This document shows, in pieces, positions 9,320 to 19,644 of a stretch of DNA of 64,000 bases; the first letter of the stretch is position 1, and every line of letters starts with the position of its first letter. Under the pieces are notes generated by a model. The model did not search any database, had not been told where the DNA came from, and worked only from the letters and a program-made list of their open reading frames with translations. The stretch lies in contig CAZSTG010000002.1 in assembly GCA_964609895.1 (NCBI GenBank), forward strand, positions 3,362 to 67,361, in the 5' to 3' direction. This DNA comes from an uncultured Gammaproteobacteria bacterium. GTDB lineage: Bacteria > Patescibacteriota > Microgenomatia > UBA10105 > UBA927. The position numbers and the translations under genes were made by a program.

Positions 9320-10606
9320 ATGACAAACCTCGCATATGAAAAAACAGTGTTTCCCAACGGTGTACGACTCCTCTGTATTCCCATTTTGGGCGTTGAGAGC
9401 ATGGCAACATCGGTCATGGTAGGTGTGGGAAGCAGGTACGAAACAAAAGATATCAATGGTATTTCTCATTTTCTTGAACATATGGTGTTTAAAGGGACGC
9501 AAAAATTCCCGACGACTGATGATGTGAATTTCATTGAACGTTTAGGTGGCCTCCAAAACGCCTACACAGACCTCGATGTGACGTGCTACCACAATAAAGT
9601 ATTAGGTGAGGATTGGAAATCGGGGCTCGAGATAAACAAAGAACTTGCCTTGTATCCACGACTTGAAGAGCAATATGTGGACAAGGAACGAAACGTGATT
9701 TTAGAGGAAATGAAAAAGTATGAGGATGAACCGGCGATGAAAGTCGGAGAGCTCTTTCATACGATGCTCTATCCTGATACGCAACTTGGCATGCGAATTA
9801 TTGGAGAAGAGGCACCACTTCGGGCTGCCACCGCACAAACACTCAAAACATATCATGATGCATGGTACCAGCCGGAACGCATGGTGGTTGTGATGGCGGG
9901 GAAGTTGCCGGACGAATTGAAAACGGCGTGTAAGGAGGCTGTTGCTTCATGGTTTGGGGAAATCCCAGCAAAAAAGACAGGAGACATTGAACGGGTTGTT
10001 GATCATCAAAATGCACCTCGTGTGGCATTTGTTACAAAAAAAGATGCAACACAGGCTCATATTACCTTAGGACTTCGTACATTTAATAGGTATGCAGAGG
10101 ATCGGTTTGCCGCAAATGTCTTTAATTTACTGTTTGGTGTGTCGTTTACATCACGACTGTTCAAAGAAATTAGAGAGAAAAAAGGATTGTGTTACACCAT
10201 CCGTTCTTCGTCTGACACGTTTGAAGATGTTGGGTATTGGTCGATTTATGCAGGGGTTGCAACAGACAAAGTGCAAGAAGCAACTGCGGGAATTATGCAA
10301 GAAATTAAGAAGGTGTATACAGAGGGTGTGACAGATGAGGAAGTAAAGATCGCGATCAAACGCCTCAAAACGATGCTTGCGTTTCGTGCAGAGGATCCGG
10401 AGTTTGCAACAGAATGGTACGGTCGGCAGGAACTCTATCACATGCCAATCATGTCACTTACCGACTATATGGAACGCATTGCCAACGTGACAAAAGAAGA
10501 AATTAATGCGATGGTTAAAAAATATTTTGTTGCAACTAATTTGAACTTGGCAGTTGTGTGGAATAGACCGGAAGATACAAGTTTGGTAGAATTATTAAAA
10601 ATTTAA
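9320..10606 (+). CDS. M16-family zinc metallopeptidase (insulinase-like)
   Basis: The HFLEHMVFKGT inverted zinc-binding motif (HxxEH) is present and the length fits an M16B peptidase. Start chosen at MTNLAYE downstream of the REP. Confidence 0.85.
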   Translation: MTNLAYEKTVFPNGVRLLCIPILGVESMATSVMVGVGSRYETKDINGISHFLEHMVFKGTQKFPTTDDVNFIERLGGLQNAYTDLDVTCYHNKVLGEDWKSGLEINKELALYPRLEEQYVDKERNVILEEMKKYEDEPAMKVGELFHTMLYPDTQLGMRIIGEEAPLRAATAQTLKTYHDAWYQPERMVVVMAGKLPDELKTACKEAVASWFGEIPAKKTGDIERVVDHQNAPRVAFVTKKDATQAHITLGLRTFNRYAEDRFAANVFNLLFGVSFTSRLFKEIREKKGLCYTIRSSSDTFEDVGYWSIYAGVATDKVQEATAGIMQEIKKVYTEGVTDEEVKIAIKRLKTMLAFRAEDPEFATEWYGRQELYHMPIMSLTDYMERIANVTKEEINAMVKKYFVATNLNLAVVWNRPEDTSLVELLKI

Positions 10607-10622
10607 CTGAAAAAGGAGTCAT

Positions 10623-11045
10623 ATGATTGAAAAAACAGTCGTGCTTATTAAACCAGATGGAGTATTACAGCACATTACAGGAGAAATCATTAAACGATTT
10701 GAATCTGCAGGGCTTACGGTTGTGGGTCTGAAATACGTACAACTCACGCAAAGTATTCTTGATGTTTGGTACGCCCATCATAAAGAAAAGCCATTTTTCC
10801 CGAGTCTTTGCGAACAGATGATGGCAACACCGGTCGTTGCAATCGTGTTATCCGGTGAAAACGCAGTACATCAGGTATTTGATATCTGCGGCCCGACAGA
10901 TCCAGCAGAAGCTGCTCTTGGTACAATCAGGAAAGATTTTGGTGTGGACAAACCGCATAATGTGGTACACCGTTCAGACAGTGTTGAGGCAGCCGAGAAA
11001 GAAATCGGTCTGATTTTCACTCCGAGCGAGATTTTTGCGCTGTAA
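10623..11045 (+). CDS. ndk: Nucleoside diphosphate kinase
   Basis: LIKPDGV...NVVHRSDS contains the NDK active-site His motif. The ORF is 140 aa. Confidence 0.9.
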   Translation: MIEKTVVLIKPDGVLQHITGEIIKRFESAGLTVVGLKYVQLTQSILDVWYAHHKEKPFFPSLCEQMMATPVVAIVLSGENAVHQVFDICGPTDPAEAALGTIRKDFGVDKPHNVVHRSDSVEAAEKEIGLIFTPSEIFAL

Positions 11046-11104
11046 CGGATGCATATTGCATTATTCCATTATTGATTTATACTCCGTGGGTATAAGGAGT
11101 ATAT

Positions 11105-11464
11105 ATGGGGTCACCAGATAGAGCGCCGGTTTTTCATTTGGCAGAGGCTGTTGTTGATCCGCTTGCGCCTCCAAAATCAGATCAGGAATTGTTGGCGCGG
11201 ATACAAGAAAAACTGCACCCAACCGGAGTTGCTGGTCCTCGAGCATTTAGCGTTTCCTCCTTTGAGCTTGCCGATGATGAGGCAAATCACAATCCGCATA
11301 AATCAGATGAAGAGCGTGTGGTTGATCCGTTATTTCCACCAAAAACAGATAGAGAACTCGAGAGAATCACTGCTTTACAAAATACCACAAGCGAGCAACA
11401 GGTTATAAATGAAGATGAATATCGAGCAGCAGTTGGACTTCCGCCACTTCTTGTCGGTTCCTAA
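11105..11464 (+). CDS. Hypothetical small protein with two internal VVDPLxPPK(S/T)D(Q/R)EL repeats
   Basis: An internal duplication is visible in the translation and in the DNA. Confidence 0.45.
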   Translation: MGSPDRAPVFHLAEAVVDPLAPPKSDQELLARIQEKLHPTGVAGPRAFSVSSFELADDEANHNPHKSDEERVVDPLFPPKTDRELERITALQNTTSEQQVINEDEYRAAVGLPPLLVGS

Positions 11465-11659
11465 CTATCTCGGTTTTTCCTGTTGGCGATGTTGTTTGAG
11501 TACGGGATATTCTTTTTGTGGAGGGAGCACTGGTGGTTTTATTTGTTTTTCTGGCAGCTTTGGTTGTGGTGGCAGTTTTGGTTCATATTCGGCACATGTC
11601 ATACAAAAAGCATACTGGAAGACACCGAGTTTCTGCAAGAGAGAAAAGAAGAAAAGTTA

Positions 11660-12310
11660 TTACTTGATAATCTCTAGCTTCCGGAAAATAGGAAGAATAA
11701 ATTCAAATGGAAGACCGATGACGTTGGTGTAGCTTCCGTCGATTTTCGTAATCAGATCCCACGGTGCTTCGTTGACAGTGTACGCTGCGGCAAACCGCGA
11801 AAAATCATACCGGTTGATATATTGGTCAAGTTCCACAGTCGTCATTTTTCGCATGGTGACTTTGGTTGTTTCAATACCATCCCACATTTTTTTTACCGTA
11901 AGACCATGGAGGTACATCACTTTGACAGCTGTTGTGAAGGTATGTGTTTTTTCCATGAGCTCTTTGATCATGGCCTTTGCCTCTTCTTTTGTGTTGGTTT
12001 TTCCGAATGTCTTTTTGCCTAAAATTGCCATGGAATCGGCAGCGATAATAAGTGACCGGCTGTCGATGGGAACATTGAAAACACGGGGATTTTTCACTAT
12101 TTCTTCTGCTTTGGCGAGCGCCCGTTTTTTGATGGTTTTGGTGGGATCCGGATCAGTAATGGCATCCTCATTGACATTGGAAACCACTGTCCGGAACGGC
12201 AGACCGAGTTTTTCCAACAGCATTTTGCGACCCAGTGACTGGGAGGCCAAAATGATCTGAATTGGTTTTTCCTCTAAGGGAATGTGTTGAGGTTTGAATG
12301 AGAGGTTCAT
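11660..12310 (-). CDS. maf: Maf-like nucleoside triphosphate pyrophosphatase
   Basis: IILASQSLGRKMLLEKLGLPFRTVVSNVNE matches the Maf N-terminal signature (ILAS.S.RR..LL...G..F.V..S..DE). Start trimmed to MNLSF. Confidence 0.75.
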   Translation of the reverse strand: MNLSFKPQHIPLEEKPIQIILASQSLGRKMLLEKLGLPFRTVVSNVNEDAITDPDPTKTIKKRALAKAEEIVKNPRVFNVPIDSRSLIIAADSMAILGKKTFGKTNTKEEAKAMIKELMEKTHTFTTAVKVMYLHGLTVKKMWDGIETTKVTMRKMTTVELDQYINRYDFSRFAAAYTVNEAPWDLITKIDGSYTNVIGLPFEFILPIFRKLEIIK

Positions 12311-12398
12311 AATTCGGGTATTATACCGCAAAAACGACCTCAAAGCTAGGAGGGAAAAGCGAGCTTTACAAGGAGTGGCCTTACGAGGCTAATATTTG

Positions 12399-12471
12399 TC
12401 GGGATGGAGAGACTCGAACTCTCGACCTCTTCGTTCCGAACGAAGCACGCTACCAACTGCGCTACATCCCG
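12399..12471 (-). tRNA. tRNA-Pro (anticodon CGG)
   Basis: The reverse complement folds as a cloverleaf: acceptor CGGGATG/CATCCCG, anticodon stem CTTCG/CGAAG, loop TTCGGAA and T-loop TTCGAGT. Confidence 0.8.
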
Positions 12472-12524
12472 CGTAAATCAATCGTATTGTACGAAACAAT
12501 GAGGTAGAATACAATCAAGAAGTT

Positions 12525-12599
12525 GCCTTCGTAGCTCAATGGATAGAGCAGGCCCGTCCTAAGGGCAAGATAGGGGTTCGATTCCCTTCGAGGGCGCCA
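12525..12599 (+). tRNA. tRNA-Arg (anticodon CCT), CCA encoded
   Basis: GCCTTCGTAGCTCAATGGATAGAGCA... has anticodon loop GTCCTAA, T-arm GGTTCGATTCC and a 3' GCCA end. Confidence 0.8.
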
Positions 12600-12635
12600 C
12601 GTCAAACATGGCTGTCGCGTTCGACGCGACGCACG

Positions 12636-13844
12636 TTACCTGATATTAATTGCGTAGAGATTGGGTAGTGTGGAAGCTGTTGGAATGAGATTTGTTAAAA
12701 TCACCAGTTTGTTTGCACTTGTCCACGGCGCAACAAATGCATCCCAGAACGGTCCTGCGTAGAGCGTTTTTCTGTTTGTCCCGTCATAGTCCATCGCTTC
12801 AATCATATCTTTGGAGACGGTGATAAGATGGCGGGAAGTTGGCATCCATTGGAGATCAAGCGTTGCTGCATCACCGATGAGATAATTCCGATCTTCTTTG
12901 ATATCGTACGTATATATACTATATGGTTTGATATCCCGTACATCTTCTGTCGGATTGGTGCCGATAAGGGGCGGGTCAATAATTTGCGGGATGGTTGCCG
13001 CTGCAGTTGCCGTATATAAAATATTCCGTTCGTCCGGAGAAAATGCGATGATGCTCATGGACTGCGTCGCAATCTCAATCAGTTCTGGTGCGAGGGTAGA
13101 GAGTTTTTCCGTTTCTTTGGTTTTGGCGATCGTTTCCCATTCTTTGATGACGTCGCGTTTGATATACACGGGTTTGGCAAACTCATTGAGCTTATCTGTA
13201 TCAATGAGATAGGAGGCAGTTGTTTTTTGTGCGGTCGGAACATCAATCATGAGCTGTTTATTGTCGGGTGACCATGAAAGAACTGCCTGTGACACATCCA
13301 TTGTTTCGTTTTTCAGAATCTGTTTGGCATCACGGTTGAGTCCCAGTGGCTTGTCCACAAGATCCAAAATCCAAATACCCGCACGCTGCATAATTTGCGC
13401 ACTGTTTGTTGTTTCCAGAATAGGAGGGACGACGTAGGCAAGTTTGGATCCGTCGGGGGAAAGCACGGGGTTGAAGACACCACTTGTTGTAATGGCAGAG
13501 AGGGATGGATTGGTTGGATATAATGTTCCGTTTGCCTGTGCAACGACTTCACCCTGCACACGGATGTATTTTTCCCACGATTGGTAGCCTTCTTTTGCAA
13601 ATGTGATGGTGTACCATCCCGGTTTGACCGTGATAGTGGTGTTGGTTGCCCCGACTTTTTTTCCATCAATGAATATGGATGCGCCGATGGGATCGGAGGT
13701 GGCGCTGATGAGTCCTGTGGAGCCGATGGTTTTTTGTTTGAAGTTGAAGCGATACCCTCTGCCGTATGCGATGACGGCAAGTGACACAACCGCGATGAGA
13801 CAAACAGTAAATATGGAAAGCGCAGTGTTTTTGAATTGAACCAT
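12636..13844 (-). CDS. Membrane-anchored PEGA-domain / TolB-like beta-propeller protein
   Basis: A TM segment follows MVQFKNTALSIF. A PEGA-like segment (IFIDGKKVGATNTTITVKPGWYTITFAKEGYQSW) is followed by repeated SPDGSKLAY / SWSPDNKQL / AFSPDERNILY motifs typical of WD40/TolB propellers. Confidence 0.55.
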   Translation of the reverse strand: MVQFKNTALSIFTVCLIAVVSLAVIAYGRGYRFNFKQKTIGSTGLISATSDPIGASIFIDGKKVGATNTTITVKPGWYTITFAKEGYQSWEKYIRVQGEVVAQANGTLYPTNPSLSAITTSGVFNPVLSPDGSKLAYVVPPILETTNSAQIMQRAGIWILDLVDKPLGLNRDAKQILKNETMDVSQAVLSWSPDNKQLMIDVPTAQKTTASYLIDTDKLNEFAKPVYIKRDVIKEWETIAKTKETEKLSTLAPELIEIATQSMSIIAFSPDERNILYTATAAATIPQIIDPPLIGTNPTEDVRDIKPYSIYTYDIKEDRNYLIGDAATLDLQWMPTSRHLITVSKDMIEAMDYDGTNRKTLYAGPFWDAFVAPWTSANKLVILTNLIPTASTLPNLYAINIR

Positions 13845-13900
13845 AGTGAAATTATGTGGCCGGTATAGGATAGTATACAACGAAAGTATGGTAGAATGAA

Positions 13901-14926
13901 ATGAATCTGAAAACTCGTATGAATTTTTCTTCAAAACGCATCGGTATTGATCTTGGGACGGCAAACAGTCTCGTGTGGTTATCAGGCGAGGGAGTGGTAC
14001 TGAATGAGCCGACTGTTGTGGCTGTCACCGCGGATGATTCCCGTGTGGTTGCGGTTGGCAATGAAGCAAAAGAGATGCTTGGAAGAACGCCGGGGAACAT
14101 TGTGGCGACGCGGCCTATGCGCGACGGGGTGATTGCGGATTATCGGATTACCGAGGCGATGCTTGCATATTTTATCGACAAAACCGTGGGGAAAAACAGG
14201 TTTTTTAAGCCTGAGGTTATGATTTGTGTACCGACGGGATGTACCCAAGTGGAACGCAGGGCGGTGATGGATGCCACGCTTTCAGCAGGAGCCAAAACCG
14301 TATATCTCATCGAAGAACCGCTCGCCTCCGCAATCGGCGCAAAAATTCCCATCGCACAGGCATCAGGACACATGATTGTGGATATCGGCGGCGGATCTAC
14401 AGAAGCAGCTGTTATTTCTTTGGGTGGAGTTGTGGTGCACAAAAGTGCCCGAGTGGCCGGAAACAAAATAGATGAGGCAATTGCCCAGTATGTGAAACGG
14501 ACATATAACCTCATTATTGGAGAACGCATGGCGGAAACGATCAAAATTACGGTAGCAACGGCTGTAGAGGATGAGCCGCGCAGCATGGAAATCAGGGGGC
14601 GCGACGCCGTTTCCGGCATGCCCCGCATGGTGACCCTTACCAGTCGCGAATGTGTCACTGCCATTATGCCTGTCTTGCATCTGATTGTGGGTGCGGTGAA
14701 AGCAGTATTGGAGGATACGCCGCCGGAGCTTGCGGCCGACATCATTGACAAAGGCATCATCATGGCTGGTGGCACAAGTACACTTCGAAATCTTGATAAA
14801 CTGATGACGCAGATGACTGGTGTCGTGTGTCACGTTGCCGATGATCCGCTTTTGTGTGTTGTTCGAGGGACGGGAGTGGCGCTTGAAAATATTGAACTGT
14901 ACAAACGCAGTGTCAGTAAAAAATAA
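13901..14926 (+). CDS. mreB: Rod-shape determining protein MreB
   Basis: IGIDLGTANSLV...NEPTVVAV...MRDGVIAD...DIGGGSTE are the actin-fold phosphate and adenosine motifs of MreB. Confidence 0.9.
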   Translation: MNLKTRMNFSSKRIGIDLGTANSLVWLSGEGVVLNEPTVVAVTADDSRVVAVGNEAKEMLGRTPGNIVATRPMRDGVIADYRITEAMLAYFIDKTVGKNRFFKPEVMICVPTGCTQVERRAVMDATLSAGAKTVYLIEEPLASAIGAKIPIAQASGHMIVDIGGGSTEAAVISLGGVVVHKSARVAGNKIDEAIAQYVKRTYNLIIGERMAETIKITVATAVEDEPRSMEIRGRDAVSGMPRMVTLTSRECVTAIMPVLHLIVGAVKAVLEDTPPELAADIIDKGIIMAGGTSTLRNLDKLMTQMTGVVCHVADDPLLCVVRGTGVALENIELYKRSVSKK

Positions 14927-14948
14927 TCCTGTTTCGCAGGACAGGTCT

Positions 14949-15743
14949 ATGAAATTGACGAAGAAACAACTACTTGATGTCACCATTACGATTGATACTA
15001 AGGCAACAATTCTTTCTTTTATTGCAGACTATGTGCGCGGGGGGAGCGACTCGGGCAAAAAAACACCGCTTGTGATTGCAACACCGAACCCCGAACAACT
15101 GGTAGAAGCATCTGTTAACAGGGAATTTTTGTTGGCACTGAACCGGTCCGATGTCGCCATTCCCGACGGTATTGGGATTGTATTCGGTATGCGATTGCTT
15201 CATGGCATCAAATTGTCACAGATTTCCGGTATAGATTTTTTGGCTGATCTCGTCCGTCTTGCCAATAAACAGCACTGGACGATCGGATTTGTTGGCGGAA
15301 AAAACGATGCGGCGCACAAGGCGCTTATTACCCTTCAGTCTTCCTATGTTGAATTACATGGGTGGAGCGAACAGCCAAAGGAATTTTCTCGCGTGGAGGA
15401 GATTATGTCGTCTGACATGAGTAAGATCGTCCGAAGAATCATCGACAGCCAGACACGGTTTGTGTTTGTGGGGCTCGGTGCGCCCAAACAGGAGTTTTTT
15501 ATTGATATGCTGAAAAAGCAACTGATACAGGAACATACTCCACCGGTTGTTCTCATGTCGGTCGGCGGGTCGTTTGACATGATTGCGGGAAACATATCGC
15601 GTGCACCGGCATGGATGAGGAATCTGCATGTGGAATGGTTCTATCGGTTGATGCGCGAGCCGTGGCGGTGGAAACGGCAAACAGCGCTCTTTCAATTTCT
15701 TTGGCAATTACTTTTCTATCGTTCCAGAAACGCTCGTTGTTGA
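14949..15743 (+). CDS. WecB/TagA/CpsF-family glycosyltransferase
   Basis: VIATPNPEQLV...FVGGKND...LGAPKQEFF...WFYRLMREPWRWKR is the WecG/TagA family signature. Confidence 0.8.
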   Translation: MKLTKKQLLDVTITIDTKATILSFIADYVRGGSDSGKKTPLVIATPNPEQLVEASVNREFLLALNRSDVAIPDGIGIVFGMRLLHGIKLSQISGIDFLADLVRLANKQHWTIGFVGGKNDAAHKALITLQSSYVELHGWSEQPKEFSRVEEIMSSDMSKIVRRIIDSQTRFVFVGLGAPKQEFFIDMLKKQLIQEHTPPVVLMSVGGSFDMIAGNISRAPAWMRNLHVEWFYRLMREPWRWKRQTALFQFLWQLLFYRSRNARC

Positions 15744-16892
15744 TGCGAGGATGGTGTGGAAAATCTCCATGTACTTTTTTCCAATAACGTCCCATGTAAG
15801 GGTTGTAGCAAGATGCGTGCAGTTGTCGGTTATGGTTGTGCGGTATGTTGTGTCGAGACGGAATTTGGTTATGGCAGTTGCAATTGCCTCGCCGTTTTCA
15901 AATGGGACAAAACACGCATTCTGCTCGTTTAGAACAGAAGTTGCGTAAGCAAACGGTGTCGTGATAATGGGTTTTCCAGCACCGATGAAGAAAGAGAGTG
16001 GTCCGCTTGCTGTGTAACTGCGGTAAATATATGGAACAATGCCAATGTCAGCTGCTTGAATATATGAAAACAACTTTGTTTGTGAGACAAAATCCAAATC
16101 AAACACCACCATGTCTTCAAGGTGCTCCTGATCAATTGTTTCTCGGAGTTTTTTAAAATATGCCTGGCTTGTGGTGGTTGGGAGTGTTGTTCCTGCATAT
16201 ACAAAGACGACAGGTTCTTTTTGTTGTTTGCAGATTTTGATGGCCTCAATGGTTGTTGCGGTTCCTTTGTTTGGATGAAAAAAACCAAAGCTGAGCGCGA
16301 TGAATGCATCTTGTTTAAGATGAAGTTGTGTACGAAGTATGTGGGTTTCAAGCGTTTGACTGATGTGGGGAACAGGATGGGGGAACACACAGATAGTGTC
16401 GTTAGGATATCCGTAATCAACAAGCGTTTCTTTTGCTTTTGGCAAGAACGTAAAGATTTTGGCAATATGACTTTTAATTGATTTAAAAAACAGCTCTCGT
16501 TCTTCTGTATAATGCGCGTCACTGTCAACAGGAACTGTATGGGCAACAAGGATGATGGGTTTGGTAACGTGTTGAATGAGTTTTTGAATATATGTATTTT
16601 CCGATCCTCCGCCGTATGAGGAAAATTCATGTTGAATGACAAGGAGATTGATGGGGGATTCGTTGATAGCTGTTGCAGCGTCAAGATATTCTTGTAACTG
16701 TTCTTTGTGAATGATGGCAAGTGGTTTTCGTACGTCTCTATCTGGGTTTTTGTCGTCGTCGACAATGATGATGCGAGAAAGTGTTACTGAGGGGTCAACT
16801 GTGCGAAGGGAGGTTTCAAAATGCTCACTAAATTCTGCAATGCCACTTACCGATGGAGGGAAACTGCCGACAATACCGATGTGCATATGCAA
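15708..16892 (-). CDS. Family 4/1 glycosyltransferase
   Basis: The GT-B architecture is recognisable and the N-terminus reads MHIGIVGSFPPSVSGIAEF. Confidence 0.7.
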   Translation of the reverse strand: MHMHIGIVGSFPPSVSGIAEFSEHFETSLRTVDPSVTLSRIIIVDDDKNPDRDVRKPLAIIHKEQLQEYLDAATAINESPINLLVIQHEFSSYGGGSENTYIQKLIQHVTKPIILVAHTVPVDSDAHYTEERELFFKSIKSHIAKIFTFLPKAKETLVDYGYPNDTICVFPHPVPHISQTLETHILRTQLHLKQDAFIALSFGFFHPNKGTATTIEAIKICKQQKEPVVFVYAGTTLPTTTSQAYFKKLRETIDQEHLEDMVVFDLDFVSQTKLFSYIQAADIGIVPYIYRSYTASGPLSFFIGAGKPIITTPFAYATSVLNEQNACFVPFENGEAIATAITKFRLDTTYRTTITDNCTHLATTLTWDVIGKKYMEIFHTILASTTSVSGTIEK

Positions 16893-18035
16893 ATCATATC
16901 ATATTTTGATGCACGAAGAGACAAAATATTCTATGATATATATATGAATATATCTTCCTTGTCTGCTGAATTGGGGCAACAACATCAGCTTATTGAAATG
17001 AACCGTATGCAAGTGATGATGAAACGGTTTGGCATTATCACAGAGAAAGTTGCTATTCATCCTGTTGAGGCATTGGGATATGTCGTTCAATCAAACAACC
17101 AAGAAATGGTGAGAGAAAAAAAGAATGTATTGGTGTTGTTTGATTTTGATGATGTGTTGAACAAAACCACAGAAGGAAAGAATATCCTCATTGAGGAAAT
17201 GGATGCATATATAAAAGCACACAATAGTACTCTTTCTCCTGAAGATACAAAACATATGGTTTCGTCTGTTGAGACATTTTCTTCATGGAAAGATGGCGAT
17301 ATGAAAAAAGATATTGCCCATCCGCAGGCACAACTTATGGCAATGCAATATCTTCTTGATACGGTACGCCATAACAGTGGTGATTCTGGTGCAACACTTC
17401 AGGAAGGACTTCGTGTGCTTGATCGCATAAAAAAACAACAAACGCATAACGAGGCAACCTACCAAGAAGGTGATCCGTTTCGTTTTACTCCACAAGGAAC
17501 ACTGACAAAATTACAAGACAAGCATGTGTGGGACAAAGAATTGGAAGACATATATCTGCATTCATTTTTTGGTCCTTTGCCAGTTGCCGACATGATTTCT
17601 GAGATGAGGAGTATGCATGAATTAGGAATTGCTGTTGGTATTTTTACCACAGGTGATCCAACAGGACAAATCATGCGTGTGTGTGAGTTGTTTAAGGCAA
17701 ATGGACACCTTCCTGTTGACGCGCTTTGGCTTTCCAAAGGTGACAAAGGAACATTGTTAAAAGATTTGGCAACAGATGGGCATATGCCGCAGGTTGATAC
17801 TATTATTGTTATTGATGATAATCCAGATGTGCTTGATTCTGTTATTGCAGTCAATGAAACAATCAAAGGACCAACAATTGCAGGGGTGCGGTATCGATTA
17901 CCCGGTGGATACGCAGAACAAAAACAATGGAAAGCACGTGACCCAAATATACAAATAGATGTGCCAGAAGCAATATCACTTGGTGGGTTTGTTGGACTGA
18001 TACAATCAATTCACCAAAAGATACAAACAAAATAA
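16887..18035 (+). CDS. HAD-superfamily hydrolase-like protein (possible trehalose-6-phosphate phosphatase analogue; start uncertain)
   Basis: HAD motif I (LVLFDFDDVLN, DxDxV) and motif IV-like (IIVIDDNPDV) are present. The gene lies immediately upstream of otsA. Confidence 0.45.
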   Translation: MQIISYFDARRDKIFYDIYMNISSLSAELGQQHQLIEMNRMQVMMKRFGIITEKVAIHPVEALGYVVQSNNQEMVREKKNVLVLFDFDDVLNKTTEGKNILIEEMDAYIKAHNSTLSPEDTKHMVSSVETFSSWKDGDMKKDIAHPQAQLMAMQYLLDTVRHNSGDSGATLQEGLRVLDRIKKQQTHNEATYQEGDPFRFTPQGTLTKLQDKHVWDKELEDIYLHSFFGPLPVADMISEMRSMHELGIAVGIFTTGDPTGQIMRVCELFKANGHLPVDALWLSKGDKGTLLKDLATDGHMPQVDTIIVIDDNPDVLDSVIAVNETIKGPTIAGVRYRLPGGYAEQKQWKARDPNIQIDVPEAISLGGFVGLIQSIHQKIQTK

Positions 18036-18067
18036 ATAGAAACTGTTTATACTAAATTCATCTGCCT

Positions 18068-19618
18068 ATGTCTATTTCAAAATCCTTCAAACACCGTGTG
18101 ATACAATATGGCTATTATTCAGTTTCCCGTTCGATTATGGCTGCCCTGAAAACTCCGAAGGATCTTACGGTATTTGCAAAAGAATCGCTGGAAGGACGAA
18201 AGTTTATCGTCGCCATTCAGCGTGAGGCATACATTCACACCAATACCGCGCAGGGAATAGTTGTGGAAAAAGCGGCGGGCGGCGCACATAGTCTTCTGGA
18301 TGGTATATTGCAGGCAACGGGAGGTGTGATGGTTGCGCTTGCGGCAGGAGATGCAGACAGTCAGGTTGTCGACAAAAAAAACAGGGTAAAAGTGCCTCCG
18401 GAAAATCCGAAATATACCTTAAAGCGTGTATTTATCAAAAAAAAGGAACTTGAAGGATTCTATTACGGATTTGCTAATCAGACACTCTGGCCGCTGTGCC
18501 ATGCGGTTTTTGTCAAACCGATTTTCCATAATTCATGGTGGCAGGATTATGTGGCAGTCAATCAGAAATTTGCCGATGCCATTGCAGAGGAGCTGGACGG
18601 AGACAACGGGTTTGTTTGGGTGAATGATTATCACCTTGCATTGCTGCCGACCATGCTTCGCAGAATGAAACCGAAGATCAAAATCGGCGTCTTTTGGCAT
18701 ATTCCGTGGCCAACATACGAAATTTACCGGATTTGTCCATGGAGAAAAGAACTCGTTGCGGGACTCTTAGGAGCTGACTTTATTGGCTTTCACCGCGGGT
18801 ATCATGTCGATAATTTTGTTGAATGCACAAGGCGTGATTTGGAAAGCATTGTGGATACGGAACCGCGATCTATTACCTATAAAGAACATACGACCAAGGT
18901 AACGAACGTGCCGGCTGGCATTGATTATAAAGAAATTATGGATGAAATCGGCAACAAACGCCCGACGAAACAGCTGATAGAAGAAGACTTTGATTTTACC
19001 TATGAGCAACTTGGTATCAGTGTCGACCGGATCGATTATACAAAAGGCATTCCTGAACGGTTGAAAATCATCGATCATTTTTTTGAAAAATATCCTGATT
19101 ATATAGGCAAATTTACCTATCTGATGATCGGCGCACCGTCCCGTGTCCATATTCCCGCGTATAAGGCTATCAATCATGAAATCGACGATCTTATTGAAAA
19201 AATCAACTGGAAATACGGCAAAGAGACATGGCTCCCGATTCAATATATCAATAAAGTTATTCCCCGCGAGAAGATATTCCTCTATTATCATTTGGCGGAT
19301 GTATGCATGGTGACGTCACTCGATGACGGGATGAATTTGGTTGCAAAAGAATATGCAATCTGCAGCAAGGAGGATAAGGGGATGCTCCTGTTGTCCAAGT
19401 TTACGGGTGCTGCCAAAGACATGAAATCCGCAATGCTTATCAACCCGTATGATATAGAAGGTTCGGCCATTGCACTGTATCATGCGTTGACTATGGATGC
19501 GGCGGAAAAGGAAAAACGGAACAGAGATCTGAAAAAGGTGCTTGCAGAAAACAATATTTACAAATGGGGCATTGAATTTATGAAAGACACCCTAAGCGAA
19601 GCAGGGGAAAGTCTCTAA
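18068..19618 (+). CDS. otsA: Alpha,alpha-trehalose-phosphate synthase (GT20)
   Basis: YYGFANQTLWPLCH, VWVNDYHLALLP and FWHIPWP...GADFIGFH are OtsA hallmark segments. Confidence 0.85.
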   Translation: MSISKSFKHRVIQYGYYSVSRSIMAALKTPKDLTVFAKESLEGRKFIVAIQREAYIHTNTAQGIVVEKAAGGAHSLLDGILQATGGVMVALAAGDADSQVVDKKNRVKVPPENPKYTLKRVFIKKKELEGFYYGFANQTLWPLCHAVFVKPIFHNSWWQDYVAVNQKFADAIAEELDGDNGFVWVNDYHLALLPTMLRRMKPKIKIGVFWHIPWPTYEIYRICPWRKELVAGLLGADFIGFHRGYHVDNFVECTRRDLESIVDTEPRSITYKEHTTKVTNVPAGIDYKEIMDEIGNKRPTKQLIEEDFDFTYEQLGISVDRIDYTKGIPERLKIIDHFFEKYPDYIGKFTYLMIGAPSRVHIPAYKAINHEIDDLIEKINWKYGKETWLPIQYINKVIPREKIFLYYHLADVCMVTSLDDGMNLVAKEYAICSKEDKGMLLLSKFTGAAKDMKSAMLINPYDIEGSAIALYHALTMDAAEKEKRNRDLKKVLAENNIYKWGIEFMKDTLSEAGESL

Positions 19619-19644
19619 GTATGGATGTATGATACGATAGAACA

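Noticed and set aside
11409-11732. 107-aa Gly/Cys-rich ORF and overlapping Trp/Phe-rich ORF 11483-11677
   Set aside because: Both are low-complexity and overlap each other and the maf 3' end. A 45-aa Pro-rich minus-strand frame (about 11470-11607) is equally plausible. None is supportable.
14140-14986. Two long minus-strand ORFs (211 and 207 aa) inside mreB
   Set aside because: They are antisense to a highly conserved MreB reading frame. Their composition (Met/Ser/Cys/His-rich) is typical of shadow frames.
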